A model generated the notes under the pieces. It was not told the origin of the DNA. It searched no databases and was given only the letters and a program-made list of their open reading frames with translations. From Massalongia carnosa (Eukaryota), in contig OZ287068.1 in assembly GCA_965645245.1 (NCBI GenBank), positions 310,001 through 374,000 on the forward strand: a stretch of 64,000 bases of DNA, read 5' to 3'. Made by a program: the position numbers and the translations under genes. Below, piece by piece: positions 49,050-60,690 of this stretch (position 1 is the stretch's first letter; each line of letters begins with the position of its first letter).

Positions 49050-50326
49050 TTCTGTCCTGCTTAATCATGATTCCCTGTTACTGTTTACTGCGCTTTGGAG
49101 CAACGATTCGGTCCTTTTCACGTTGGGTATATGTGGCACTTGGGGATGATCATAGAGGAAAAAAATGTGGATCCACCGTGATTGTTTTATCGAATGGGAA
49201 GGGAATCCGGGTGGCACATAATTGGGCTTTTGGGTAAACGGGGTCGTCGTGGAGGGGAAATGGAAGAAAGCGGGAGCGACCAGACCGAGTTCACGTGGCC
49301 CTACTCCGCCGGGACGTGTTTTCCCGACGCGGGAGGGTTTGCTTTCATGATTGAGTGACGACCGTCCTCTATGGGAACGGGGGATGTCAACCCGACAGAC
49401 TCCTTAATCATAATTCTATAATTTTCGTCCTTTACATGTGGTTTCTCAAGAAGAAAGACCTTTTGTTGACTTCGTGCATTCGCTTCTTGCGTTCCGCTTC
49501 TTCATGATTGATTCTGACGATGGTGAATCCCCAACCCCAACCCTAGCACACAGCCAACGCTCATGGTCTTGGTCACGCGGGAGCATCATTCATCCATCCC
49601 TTTTCTAGACCTGAACCCCCTCTTTCCCTCTCTCCCTCCCTCCTTCTCTCCTCGCGCGCTGTATCGGAACATTTTCATTATCCACCCATCATCTCCTCCC
49701 ACGCAAGCAGAGTAGGCAGGCAGACCCCCCATCAAACACCGCGAGACAAGTCAACCGACGTCATAAACCAAGAAAAACCCAACTCTCTACGAGTACATCC
49801 TTCCCAGTTACCCTGTCTTTCCCTCTCCTTTACCATCTTCGGCCCTAATTTTTACCCTCCACAACAAACAACCAACCAGCCAGCCCCCATTGCCAGTTTT
49901 TCCTACCTAGCTGGTTTCGCGTAGTTTACAGACCAAGGTCGTTTCCTGGGACGCTGATTGATTGGTTGGGCGGAGGGGGTTCGGTAATTACTTACTTCGT
50001 ACTTCGTACATCAGATGGGATGGTTGGATGATGGGGGCGGGCTTAGGTCGTTAGATTGCTACCTACGTAACCACATACCTACCTATCGACCTGAATTACT
50101 CCGTAGATAGCTCCGCACAAGTCAGGTGATTGGCTGATTGGTTGGACTGTCTCAGTCAGTCAGTCGAGTGTGTAGGTAGAGGTCGGCTTGTCGTTTGCGT
50201 GCGTAGAAAGTAGTTGCAGGTAGAGTATACATATGTGCACATGTATGCATGTAGTTATGGTTCGGCGATCAGGTAGCCACGTTACGCCATGTTACTCTAT
50301 AGAGAGAGAGAGAGAGAGAAACGGTG

Positions 50327-50373
50327 CTATGTATGTATGTATGTATGATCCCGATACATACATACATACATAG
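50327..50373. repeat. Inverted (TATG)n/(CATA)n microsatellite: perfect 20-bp stem with a 7-nt loop
   Basis: ctatgtatgtatgtatgtat gatcccg atacatacatacatacatag. Confidence 0.9.
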
Positions 50374-51184
50374 AATACAGAGGAGAGAGTTAGCTACAAT
50401 GTAATAATATGTACCTAGCGTACCGGAACGATGGTTGGTTGGGCACGAGGGTTGATCAGATATGTACATACGTAGATAAACATGCGAGATGTGTACTTAC
50501 ATATCTAGGGCAATGGTAGGCACGTAGGTAGTTATGTATCTAGATAGTTTATCTCCGATGGATGTACGTACCTACGCATCATCATTTAATCCCCATAACG
50601 CCTTACCTACTACCTACCTACCTAAGCCTTCTTTCTTCCTTCTGGCAAAATACACATCGCATCGCAGAAAAACTCCCCAACCAAACCCCCCCAAATCAGG
50701 AAACACCAGAAGACACGATAAGACAAGAAGAGTTAGAAAACCGTTCCAACGTTTTGCGTTGATATATGTATGTACATACACACAGAAAGTGCTGCTAAAA
50801 CTAGTCAGTTGGTTAGCTAGTTTAGTGAGGAGAGCTCGGGAATCGTGTACTCTTGAGGCTGGGGGTCGAGAAGAGGAAGAGGGGAGGAATAGTTACCTGT
50901 TGGTATGTACTCTGTAGTTATGGTTTGCGTTGGGAGAGGAGAGGGAGCAAAGGCTGGGGGCTGAGATGGTGGCTGAGACGGAGGCGAAGGCTAAAGCGGA
51001 TGGATGGAGAAAGATGGTGTTGGGTGAGTTGGGGAGGAGAAGGATCGAGGAAAGGAAGGGGGCTATGCCGTATGCAGAGGCCAATCCTTCAAGCACCCAA
51101 TCAACCAAAAAGAAGAAGAAAAAATCTTGTAGGGTTGAAAGTCTTATACGTCATCGAACAATAGTAGACAGATAACGTCCCCAG

Positions 51185-53312
51185 CTAATCTCCAAACCCC
51201 TCCCACGCGCCAAACCCCTCCTCCTCCCTCCGCCGGCGTTTTACCTCCTCGATCATCGCCCGCAGCTCCTCCTCCTTCGCTCGCTCCGCCGCCGTCATTC
51301 CCGCCCATCTCTCCCGCTCGCGGCGCGCCCGCTTCTTGTCACGGCGCTGCTCGCGCTCCTCACGCCGGTCGAGCTTGTCGCTCCACGAGCGCTTCTTGAA
51401 GTCTTTCTGCGCTGCTGCTGCTGGACGCGAGGAGGAAGGAGCGGGATTTGCCGCTCGCTCGAGAATGGCCTGGTGGCGGAGAAGTTCGCGCGCTTTGTCC
51501 TTGTAAGCATATAAGGCGAAATCGAGTTGGACGCCAAGCGCTTTATCGCCGGGCCAGGCGCGGACTTCGGGCATTTTAGGCAGTTTCAGCAGACCCCATG
51601 CGCGGCCGAGATCTTCCCAGTCGAGGTCCGCCACGCGGAAGATGCTGCTGGCTTGATGCTTGCTGTAGGCTTTCACCCAGCTAACGAAGCCGCGCTGGGC
51701 CTTGTCGTGGAGCGCGCGATCTGCCAGGACCGCGTTTCGGATCGCCGCCGTAGCGGTGTGCGCGTCTGCATCGCTAGTCGGGACAGGAGGGGATGTCAGC
51801 AGGGTGACGGGCGTCTTGCGCACTTGGAGGAAGGGGAGGTAGTCTTCTTCGCGCCCGGGCTGGAGGAATATTACGCTCAGCCCTTTACGACCCGCACGAC
51901 CTGCGCGGCCGCAGCGGTGAAGGAAGACTTTAGGGTCGCTAGGCGGGTCGAGCTGAATGACTAGGTTTACCTGAGGGATGTCGAGGCCGCGCGCGGCGAC
52001 ATCTGTGGTTAGGAGGATAGTGGGTGTAGTGGCATGGGCAAAGGCCGTGAAGTTTTTTTCTCGCGCTTTAGGGGGGTGTTTGCCATGAAGGGGGATGAGA
52101 GTAAATGGCTGGCCGTCGCGCAAGGGGAGGATCGAGGGAATGACGTGTTGAAAATAATCCACAGCGGCACATGTTGAGAGGTAGATGATAGATTTACTGG
52201 GTATTGGGTCTAGAGATGTTAGAAGCTTGGACAGAGCGGGAAGCTTGTGTGATGCAGGCGTGATCAGACAGCTCATTTGAAGACTTGGGGAATAGTCAGC
52301 GTGATTTCTTCGATAGCGTTCTACGCTCACCTGGCTGGCGTTCTTTTATCTTCTCCGCCGTTTAGGCTTTTGACTTTCACCGCAATTTTAACCGGATTTC
52401 GCAAGCCTACTCGGATAATTTGATCTACGGCCTCGCTGACGCTCGCGCTGAAAAGCCCCGTGCGCCTCTGCTTCGGAAGCCTTCTCAGAATTTTTTGCAG
52501 GTCCTCCTTGAAGCCTAGGTCGAGAAGCCTATCTGCCTCATCCAGAACTAGCACTTCGAACGAAGACTGCGGGCAGTGAACATGTGGCGAGGAAAGCAAC
52601 TCGAGAAGACGACCGGGCGTGGAGATTAGAAGATTAGGGGAGTGCTTGATAAAATAACTCAGATCTTGGGCAGTGCTGGTGTTTCCTCCAAGCAGGAGCT
52701 GAGGTACGACTGTCCGGTTGGGTGAAGACAATGCTGACGCAGTTGATGCAGCTTCGTCTGGATTGCCCTCCTCAGGAGTCTCATTCATAAGTCTGATCGC
52801 TGTAGCAGATGGTAGATGAAATGCCAGCAAAGAGTGTAGAACGCCATGTATCTGGGTGGCAAGCTCTCTAGGGGGTTGATCAACATCTGTATACCATACA
52901 CCAAAGTCGAATATAATTACCTTGTTGGAGAAATGATTATCGCCCCGACATGATGCTTTTTGATTGATTCTTCTAAACGAAGTAGTCGTTCCACAACAGG
53001 TATTAGAAAGGCCAAGGTTTTCCCACTACCCGTAACTGCCTGTGAACTTTCAGTGGAAATGCAAAAAGGAGAAAGAGGAAGTGATAGAAAACCTATGTGT
53101 ACCTCGACAACGACATCTTTATGGGCCATGAACAACGGTATTGTCGAAGCCTGCACGGGTGTCATGCGCTTGAAACCCATACTAGCCACCGCATCTAAGA
53201 TCCATTCAGCCAGAGAGGGAGTCAGAGCCTCCCACGCTCTTGATGATGACGAAGAGATCTTTGTCTTTTCAGTGTATTGCGAGAGATTAACAGACATTTT
53301 GCACCTCTCCAT
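51185..53312 (-). CDS. SPB4: DEAD-box rRNA helicase Spb4
   Basis: [43 protein letters not shown] and [10 protein letters not shown]. Introns 53102-53040, 52920-52868 and 52330-52284. Confidence 0.93.
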
Positions 53313-53415
53313 AAATCATTTAAACTGATGAATGAAAGAGTTTTCTCCCAATATAAAATAGAAAAAAAGTTTCTTGAATCATATCGGATCTCTATCCTTA
53401 TCCTATCCTTATCAG

Positions 53416-53448
53416 CACGTGATAATATCGAGTGTGACAATCACGTGA
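53416..53448. promoter_or_regulatory. Two CACGTG E-boxes in the SPB4/DGK1 divergent promoter
   Basis: cacgtg at 53416-53421 and tcacgtga at 53441-53448. Function is inferred only. Confidence 0.35.
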
Positions 53449-53861
53449 CTTAACTTCTCGGTTGAATGTTCTCCGACGCCAACTGACATATGCCACGACA
53501 CGGCTCGCTGTACTAAACATCCTGCGATAACGAATCGCAAGTATATAATCTTATAGGAACGTCATCTGAACCTCCTATCCATTGCCATACCCCTCGAACG
53601 AACCTATACGAACCTTTGGCTCCTATCCTTCCAAGAAGAAAGACCCGGCAACTCGCTCGCTGTGACGACTGATTGCTTGAACTCTGTATATATTATCTAT
53701 TCTAGCAACAGTTTCAAACGATGATGGGGCATACTGCGCCAACCCAAAAAACGCGCAGCTACTATCAATAATCCACATCGTGAACGTTAGAAACAAATCC
53801 TTGAGAGACTACGAGTCGTCTGCTGCTATCAAAGTTTCCTATCACTCGCGCATCGCCCAAC

Positions 53862-55013
53862 ATGTCACAGCAGTACCAAATCCCTGGCACCCCCCGAGTC
53901 ATATCCCCCACACCCGCAGCCGCAGACCCTTCCGAAAGCCGAGAGAGCTACTTCGCGCCCATCACCCGCTCCGCGGCTGCCAAACGAGCATCATCGCCCA
54001 GCTCCGCCATCTCCGAAGAACCCGACTCTCCCTCCTCCGACTCCAGCATCGAGAAACGTGCCCGAGCTCGTAGCCGCAGCCCCAAAACAGCCGCCAAAGT
54101 TGCCCAAGCGCGATCCTCCATCCAGGGAGTTCCCTCGGTTCCCAAAAAACCCTTCAAATTCGCTTCTTCTCCGCCAAACGGCCACCTCTCCCCATCATCA
54201 GCTGCTCCATCCATTTCCTCCTACTGGCGTGACTTCAGCAGATCCCCCAGCCCACTCGGCCTAATCCCCATCCACCGACATTGGCGCTCCTTCATCCACC
54301 GCCACGAAATTCCCCGCAAAGCCCTCCACCTTTCCATTGGCTTCGTGACCCTGCACCTTTACGCGCGCGGCACCTCTGCCGCGGCGATTCACCCTTGGCT
54401 GCTCAGGGCCTTGGTTCCAATCGCCACAACCGACTACCTCCGGCACACCCTACCGGGCTTCAACCGGTTCTACATCCGTGTGCTGGGCGCGCTGATGCGT
54501 GAGAGCGAGGTCGACGGGTGGAATGGCGTGATCTGGTATCTGCTCGGCGCGTGGGCAGTGTTACGGTTCCTGCCCAAGGACGTGGGTGTTATGAGCGTGC
54601 TTTTGCTCAGCTGGTGCGATACCGCTGCCAGCACGGTGGGAAGGATGTACGGACGGTACACGCCACGAATTCGGCGGGGGAAGAGCTTGGCGGGGAGCGC
54701 TGCGGCGGCGGTGGTGGGGATGTTGACCGCGGGCTTGTTTTGGGGGTGGGCGGTGCCGAGGTATGGGTTTGATGAAGGTTTCATGTTCCGGGGAAGGTTG
54801 ACGCTACCGCCGGTGATCAGAGAGGGATTGCTAGGGTGGAAGGATGGGGAGGGAAGCGTGGGGGGATGGGTGGCGTTGGGGGTGGTGGGGTTGTGGAGCG
54901 GGTTCGTGGCTAGCGCAAGCGAGGTGGTGGACATTTTTGGATGGGACGATAATCTGACGATCCCGGTCCTCAGCGGGCTAGGGCTGTGGGGGTTCTTCAA
55001 AGTTTTTGGCTAA
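53862..55013 (+). CDS. DGK1: CTP-dependent diacylglycerol kinase (CTP_transf_1 family)
   Basis: HEIPRKALHLSIGF, LMRESE..WNGVIWYLLG, LLLSWCDTAASTVGR, KSLAGS and DDNLTIPV. Confidence 0.9.
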   Translation: MSQQYQIPGTPRVISPTPAAADPSESRESYFAPITRSAAAKRASSPSSAISEEPDSPSSDSSIEKRARARSRSPKTAAKVAQARSSIQGVPSVPKKPFKFASSPPNGHLSPSSAAPSISSYWRDFSRSPSPLGLIPIHRHWRSFIHRHEIPRKALHLSIGFVTLHLYARGTSAAAIHPWLLRALVPIATTDYLRHTLPGFNRFYIRVLGALMRESEVDGWNGVIWYLLGAWAVLRFLPKDVGVMSVLLLSWCDTAASTVGRMYGRYTPRIRRGKSLAGSAAAAVVGMLTAGLFWGWAVPRYGFDEGFMFRGRLTLPPVIREGLLGWKDGEGSVGGWVALGVVGLWSGFVASASEVVDIFGWDDNLTIPVLSGLGLWGFFKVFG

Positions 55014-55156
55014 TAGCGTTGGGCAAACAACAGTCAACGAGGGGGTGGGGGTTGGAAATGGTAACGACCAGCACAGATGACCTTTTCAATCCAGATATTC
55101 TACTCCTCTCCCTAACGTGCCGTCCTCGCAGCCATGCAGCGCCGTAGACAGCATTC

Positions 55157-56884
55157 TCACACCCACCCTCCAAGCGTCCACCCGGCCTTCTCCCCAACGC
55201 CGGTTCTACCAACGCCAGGCGTCATGCCCTGCCGCTGCGCGACATTGCTGGGCTCCACATCCCGCTTGGCACCCGCGAGGCCGTGATGGAGGAACGAATC
55301 CCGCTCGATCTCCACCACCGACTTTATTTTCAGTCCTGCGCACAAACTCCCTCCCGCCCACGCCCCGAGGGTCTCCACCCCCCGAACGACTCCCGAGAAA
55401 GTAGGTTTGGAGTCCTTGGTGCGATCCCGCTGGATTTTCTCCTCAATAGGGTCGGGGACTTGCGGGGCCGTTGCCGCGGCAGTTTCAGGCGATTGCTGCT
55501 GCTGCTGCCCCTGAAGCTGGGGGGAAGGCATGAATCGCTGGCGGTTGCTGCTGATTTCTCGCAAGCGCCGGCGCCGTTCATCGGCCGCCTTGCCGCGTAC
55601 GGGATCCCAGCCGTGAGTGCGGATCAGGCGAGAGACTTCGTCCAGGAGGCGAGGTTTTAGGCCGGGGATGCGGGAGCCGCCACCCGTGATGATGAGGCGG
55701 GACATGCAGAGACTGCGGGCGTCGGGCGGAAGGTGTAGGAGAGTGGCATGGACTAGGACGGGAAGGGGTTGGTCGTGGTCGTCGGTGTCGTGGGGAGCGT
55801 TCGGGGAGGCGAAGAGGGAGGTTTCGACCGGCTCGGCGAGATGAGAGAAGCGGATTTGAAAGTTTCGGTGAGGAGGTATAGGCGAGGGGATTGTGATTAG
55901 AGGATCTTCTTCTGCTGTGGACTGTTCGTCTTCCGCGATGGTCAGATTGCCAAGCTTCAGAGGTAGATCTTGGGGTGGTTGGGGATCTGCTGCCGGTTTG
56001 CTTTGGCTTCGACACCAGGCCAATCTTGTGGTAACGTCTTCGAAGCGTTCGAATGAAGCATTTGTTAAGACGTCCGCACCTTTCACATGTTTATTCGATG
56101 ATATTCCCTCCAATTCGTAGAGTAACCTAGCCATTTCCCGGGTTACTAGCTTCATGGCTCGAGTCGTTCTGCTATGCTGAATCTCCCGATACTCGCAGAT
56201 TCCGGTCACTGTCGTCTCGCTCCATCCGATATCAATTACGAGACCAGACCGACATCCAGCTGAAACCAAACCAACAAGAGGGGTGGAAAAGAGCGAGATG
56301 GTTGGGTATTGGAAATGTAAAAAAAGAGTTGTCAAAATGCTAGACAGTAGCTGATGTGGTATGATTGACGGCAAAATGAGGGCCAATCGTCTGGATCTGG
56401 ATGCATCCAGGAGCAAATACTTGCCATATGCCATCCTTACCGCTCGTTCAACCTTATCCTCCACGAGCCCCAAATTCACCTCCCGAAGATCCATGCGCCA
56501 AAATTCATGGTCTTCACCCCATTCATAGCCCTTTCTCTTCCGGTGATGATGTTGCTCGAATCCTGGCAGCCATTGACGGTAATCGCCCACCCTCCTCGAT
56601 TCCTCGGGACCAAAAGCTATAGTACCCCGCGGTGCGCTCTCGCCAGCGAAGCCAGCACAAAGATGCCGCGCTCCAAACTCAAAGACGAGACTTTCTTCTT
56701 CGCCTCGCCAGCTTAGGGAGGGAGATGAGAAAGCGGACGAGAAGCCCCGTCTTGGTGTTTGGGGTGAAGGTGAGTCGGGCTGGAGATGCGACAAAGCCGG
56801 ACGGACTGATGAAGCTGGCTTTCTGTCAAAGTAGCTCCCTGCGGTTGTCATTTCTCCTTCGCTCCTCTTCTGTTCCTTGATCAT
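55157..56884 (-). CDS. Actin-related protein of the dynactin pointed end (Arp11/Arp10, Neurospora Ro7-like)
   Basis: LVFEFGARHLCAGFAGE, GLVIDIGWSET, LIITGGGSRIPGL and GAWAGGS. Start at 56884 or 56851. Confidence 0.85.
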   Translation of the reverse strand: MIKEQKRSEGEMTTAGSYFDRKPASSVRPALSHLQPDSPSPQTPRRGFSSAFSSPSLSWRGEEESLVFEFGARHLCAGFAGESAPRGTIAFGPEESRRVGDYRQWLPGFEQHHHRKRKGYEWGEDHEFWRMDLREVNLGLVEDKVERAVRMAYGKYLLLDASRSRRLALILPSIIPHQLLSSILTTLFLHFQYPTISLFSTPLVGLVSAGCRSGLVIDIGWSETTVTGICEYREIQHSRTTRAMKLVTREMARLLYELEGISSNKHVKGADVLTNASFERFEDVTTRLAWCRSQSKPAADPQPPQDLPLKLGNLTIAEDEQSTAEEDPLITIPSPIPPHRNFQIRFSHLAEPVETSLFASPNAPHDTDDHDQPLPVLVHATLLHLPPDARSLCMSRLIITGGGSRIPGLKPRLLDEVSRLIRTHGWDPVRGKAADERRRRLREISSNRQRFMPSPQLQGQQQQQSPETAAATAPQVPDPIEEKIQRDRTKDSKPTFSGVVRGVETLGAWAGGSLCAGLKIKSVVEIERDSFLHHGLAGAKRDVEPSNVAQRQGMTPGVGRTGVGEKAGWTLGGWV

Positions 56885-57123
56885 TACTGATCTAGTATCA
56901 TCTTAACTCATCAGTGCAGTGGTTTCTTAACCCACAGAGCGAAGGTTGCTACACCCGTCGCTAGCCGAGGCAAAGCGTTCTACGGAGTAAATATTTACAT
57001 CTACAGTCCCCTTTCGACCGTCTGACTGTCAAATAGCAATACCGCGCTCAACGAGTCGATCCCATGAAAATTCTGCTCTTATTGCACTGATAACCAATGA
57101 ATATATAAAATTATATACGATTA

Positions 57124-59468
57124 ATGGGTGTTAAAGGGTACATATGTCCCAAATGCGATGTTTTTAGCGCTGACAATCGTAAAGCATCTTCGTCGAGATC
57201 GGCGCCGGTAAGCGCATTGCTCTCTCGAAGCTTGCAGTGGAACATTACGAGCGCAATAACCGCCCGCTTAGGATTGCAATCGACTTTTCTATATGGCAAT
57301 TCCAAATCCAGTCCGGCAAAGGAGGCAGCAATCCGGAATTGCGCACCCTTTATTATCGCCTCCTTCGGCTGTTTTCCCTAGGCATACAGCCTTTGTTCGT
57401 CTTCGACGGTCCAAATAAGCCTCCGTTCAAACGCAATGCGAAAACGACACAACATGGCGCATCGCTGGCAAACTTGCTTTCTAAGCAGCTCCTGAATCTT
57501 TTCGGATTTCCTTCCCACACAGCTCCTGGTGAGGCTGAAGCAGAATGCGCCCTACTACAAAAAAAGGGGGTTGTAGATGCTGTGTTGAGCGAAGACGTGG
57601 ATACTCTCTTGTTCGGAAGCAGGATGACGTTCCGTAATTGGAGTACCGAAGACCTAAGGGGTAATAAAAGCCCGACGCATGTCAACGTTTTCACAGCAGA
57701 CGCTATGAAGGATGGAGCTCCAGGACTTGACAGTGACGGAATGATACTCATAGCTCTGATGAGTGGTGGCGACTACATACCAGCCGGTGTACCTCGTTGC
57801 GGCATCAAGATAGCTTGCGAAGCAGCTCGGGCAGGGTTCGGTCGTGATCTGTGTCGGCTCTCTAAAACCAATACGATAGGGTTCAGGCAATGGAGAGAGA
57901 GGCTTGAGTACGAGTTGGAGACGAATGAGAGTGGGTTCTTCAGAGTGAAACACAAGGCTTTGAGGATTCCAGAAAAGTTTCCCGATATGACCGTGTTGGG
58001 GTATTACACAAATCCTGCTGTATCATCTCTTGAAAAGGTATCTCAGCTTGCAACGGAGACTAATTGGATAGCCAACCCTGATATATCTAGGCTGCGTGAC
58101 TTTGTCATTAAAGCCTTTAGCTGGGATTATTTATCGGGCGCCAAGAAATTTGTGCGTGGCCTTGCGCCAGCTCTGCTTGTGAATAGCCTTCTTCTGAGGG
58201 CCAATGTGTGTGACGAAGGCGCAAAAGAACTAGAGGTACAGGAAAAGGGGGAAAGCAACATCATTACGTCGATCTGTGGTAGAAGAAGCCACTTTGCTAC
58301 TGATGCTACACCGGAGTTGCGAGTAACTTACACACCGCTTAACATTGTACAACTTGACCTTGGGCTTGAAAAGAAAGATGATCGGCCTATCGAAGTCGAT
58401 AGCGAGTCGGAGGTCGAAGAAATTGGTCCACTCGAGAAGACTCAGACTCTCTCAACCAGTGTAGTTAAGAGGCGAGTTACACCGGCATACGATCCATCAT
58501 TGCCAGAAAGACTCTGGGTTCTGGAAACCTACGTGAAATCTGGGGTACCACTGATGGTTAAGAACTGGGAAGAAGCCATCAGAAAACCTAAGAAACCTCG
58601 AGTAAAACCCCAAACCTCAAAGACCAGCAGCAATCAAGGTAGCATAGATGCATTCATGAAAGTCTCGAAGCCTTCCGTAAGACTTGGCAGAGGTCATGAA
58701 GCCGCCGATGATGAGGCATTGAGTCAACTGAGACGGGATGGACTTGCACAAGCACCCTTAGAACCTGCTGGAGATGCAATAAACCTCCCTCCACCCGCTA
58801 CACCTAGGAATGTTAAGAACATTACAAAACCGAGGGCTGCAAACGTTGACGGTGAACGGAGAGTCAGGTCAAGGAGGACCCAGCTAACCCTAACCCCAAA
58901 CCCAAAAGGTTCGAAGGTGAACTCGTCGTTGATAGGGTCGGATGTTAACCCTTGGACCTTGTCGAAGCGACCGCTTGACACTCTGAACGCCAAAATCTCA
59001 TCCAAGTCGAGGTATTCAGCGCTTGGTATATATGGTTCTCCTAGTCCCAGAAACTCGAAGGCCAACTTGGCGGATGAGCCAAGCGACGAGGTAGAAAGAT
59101 CTGCACCCGTCTCACCAACCCTGTCATCAGCTTCTTTGCCATCGCTATCGACTATTATATCTCCCTCGATTCGAAAAGCAAATGAGCGCCAAAACGCCGT
59201 ATCGACAGTCTCCATTGACATATCGTCCTCGCCTATAGAAGCATTAGAAAAGCTTGCCGAGATACGACTCTCCCCCACGAGATCGTCGAATCTCCCCTTT
59301 GCGATGCCTTCTTCCCCAGTTGAAGCATCAAAATCAAGGAAGCTGATCGCTCTCAGGGAGAGTTTGGAGGGTTCGTGGAGAGCTGTCGAGCCATTGGAAG
59401 CAAAAGCAGTATATACAAAAACACTCTATGATGAAGTGGAAGCGATCGATTTGACTTCCAGTCCATAA
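57124..59468 (+). CDS. YEN1: XPG/Rad2-family Holliday junction resolvase GEN1/Yen1
   Basis: MGVKG|I, IAIDFSIWQFQ, FVFDG, APGEAEAECA, SEDVDTLLFG and GGDY. Intron 57138-57184. Confidence 0.88.
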
Positions 59469-59701
59469 CACATTTTCTTTTTTTTTACGTACTATGATTC
59501 TTTCGTTAAAGCCTTTTGACTGTGTCCCTATACCAAGGATTGGATATACTCTCGTAGGAGCACGAATGATTACGTGACGCAAGCAAGCCATAGATTAATC
59601 GTTTCATCAGATCGCTGGATAGCTATGAAAGTGAAGTGGAGCATTCAGTCCCCCTGCGGCATCTCACCATCTAACCCATCAGCTCACGCCATTTTTGAAA
59701 A

Positions 59702-60394
59702 TCATATAAGATTACAACCACCGCTTGACAATGCCCCAGCTTCGGTCGAGGATTTAGCTGCCATCCTCGTAATATCCTCAATTACCTCATTCATCAAATC
59801 ACCACTGATAGCAGAGCACTCAGCGTATCGATCGCATCGCATCTCCTGGGCTATTCGAAGCCCCTTTTTCGGTGATTGTCAAAATCGTTTTCATCTACAT
59901 TCGAAAATAGATTCACAACTCACTTCTTGCGGATGAATGACCCCTTCGCCTTCGCCCCTCAGATCTCGCTTCAAACCCAACAGCATGACAGCCACGTCAT
60001 CTCTATCCCTTGCATAGTTTCTCAACAAAACCTTCCTCCAAACTTCCTGTGCGTTTACTAAGCTCCGCCGATCGTCGATGCCGTAGCAGATGATCACCAG
60101 ATCGGGTCGCAGCAGGGTGTAATTCTCCGGGGATGCGGTGTCGTAGAACTGGAAGCGATAAGGACGGTTATACATCCGGATGTCGAAGAGGAAGGGCTGG
60201 TCTATGTCTCGGAACGAGGGTAACTCAGTGTTCTTGGTATGGGTGGAGTTGGCATGTTTGCCTAGGTGGCTAGAATAAAGGGGTTAGGGTTGGAGCTTTG
60301 GAAAGGGGTGGAGAGCTGTGTACGAGAGAAAGGTCGATTTACCGCACGCTGGGTCGCCGAGGAGGAGAATCGTAACGGAAGGTGGCGCTTCCAT
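59702..60394 (-). CDS. Atypical Rho-like small GTPase with CaaX box (CNLI)
   Basis: LLGDPACGKST, FYDTASPEN, LGLKRDL, YAECSA. Introns 60323-60270 and 59923-59864. Confidence 0.88.
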
Positions 60395-60690
60395 TAACTG
60401 GTGGTGGCTTGACGATTTTACCGCTTTAAAGCACAAAGATAAACTCTTTTACGATTGTCGCAAACGATTACGTAACGAAGCTTATTTGGACGACTTTGAA
60501 GCTATACAAATTCCTAACACCAATCAAATAATTTGCCCTTGACGCAATTGGTGGTCTCATGATTTCATTAACATCTTGTAAGCAATGTAAGCTACCGATC
60601 AAGTTATGGAAGAACCGCGCTCTTGTGCTCGCTATACGTGATGCCAATCGTTCGTATCAGCAGAAAACGGTACTTCGGAGTTTGCAAATC

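Noticed and set aside
58884..58905. CCCTAA telomere-like motifs (also near 60281)
   Set aside because: Only one or two units, inside an exon or an intron.
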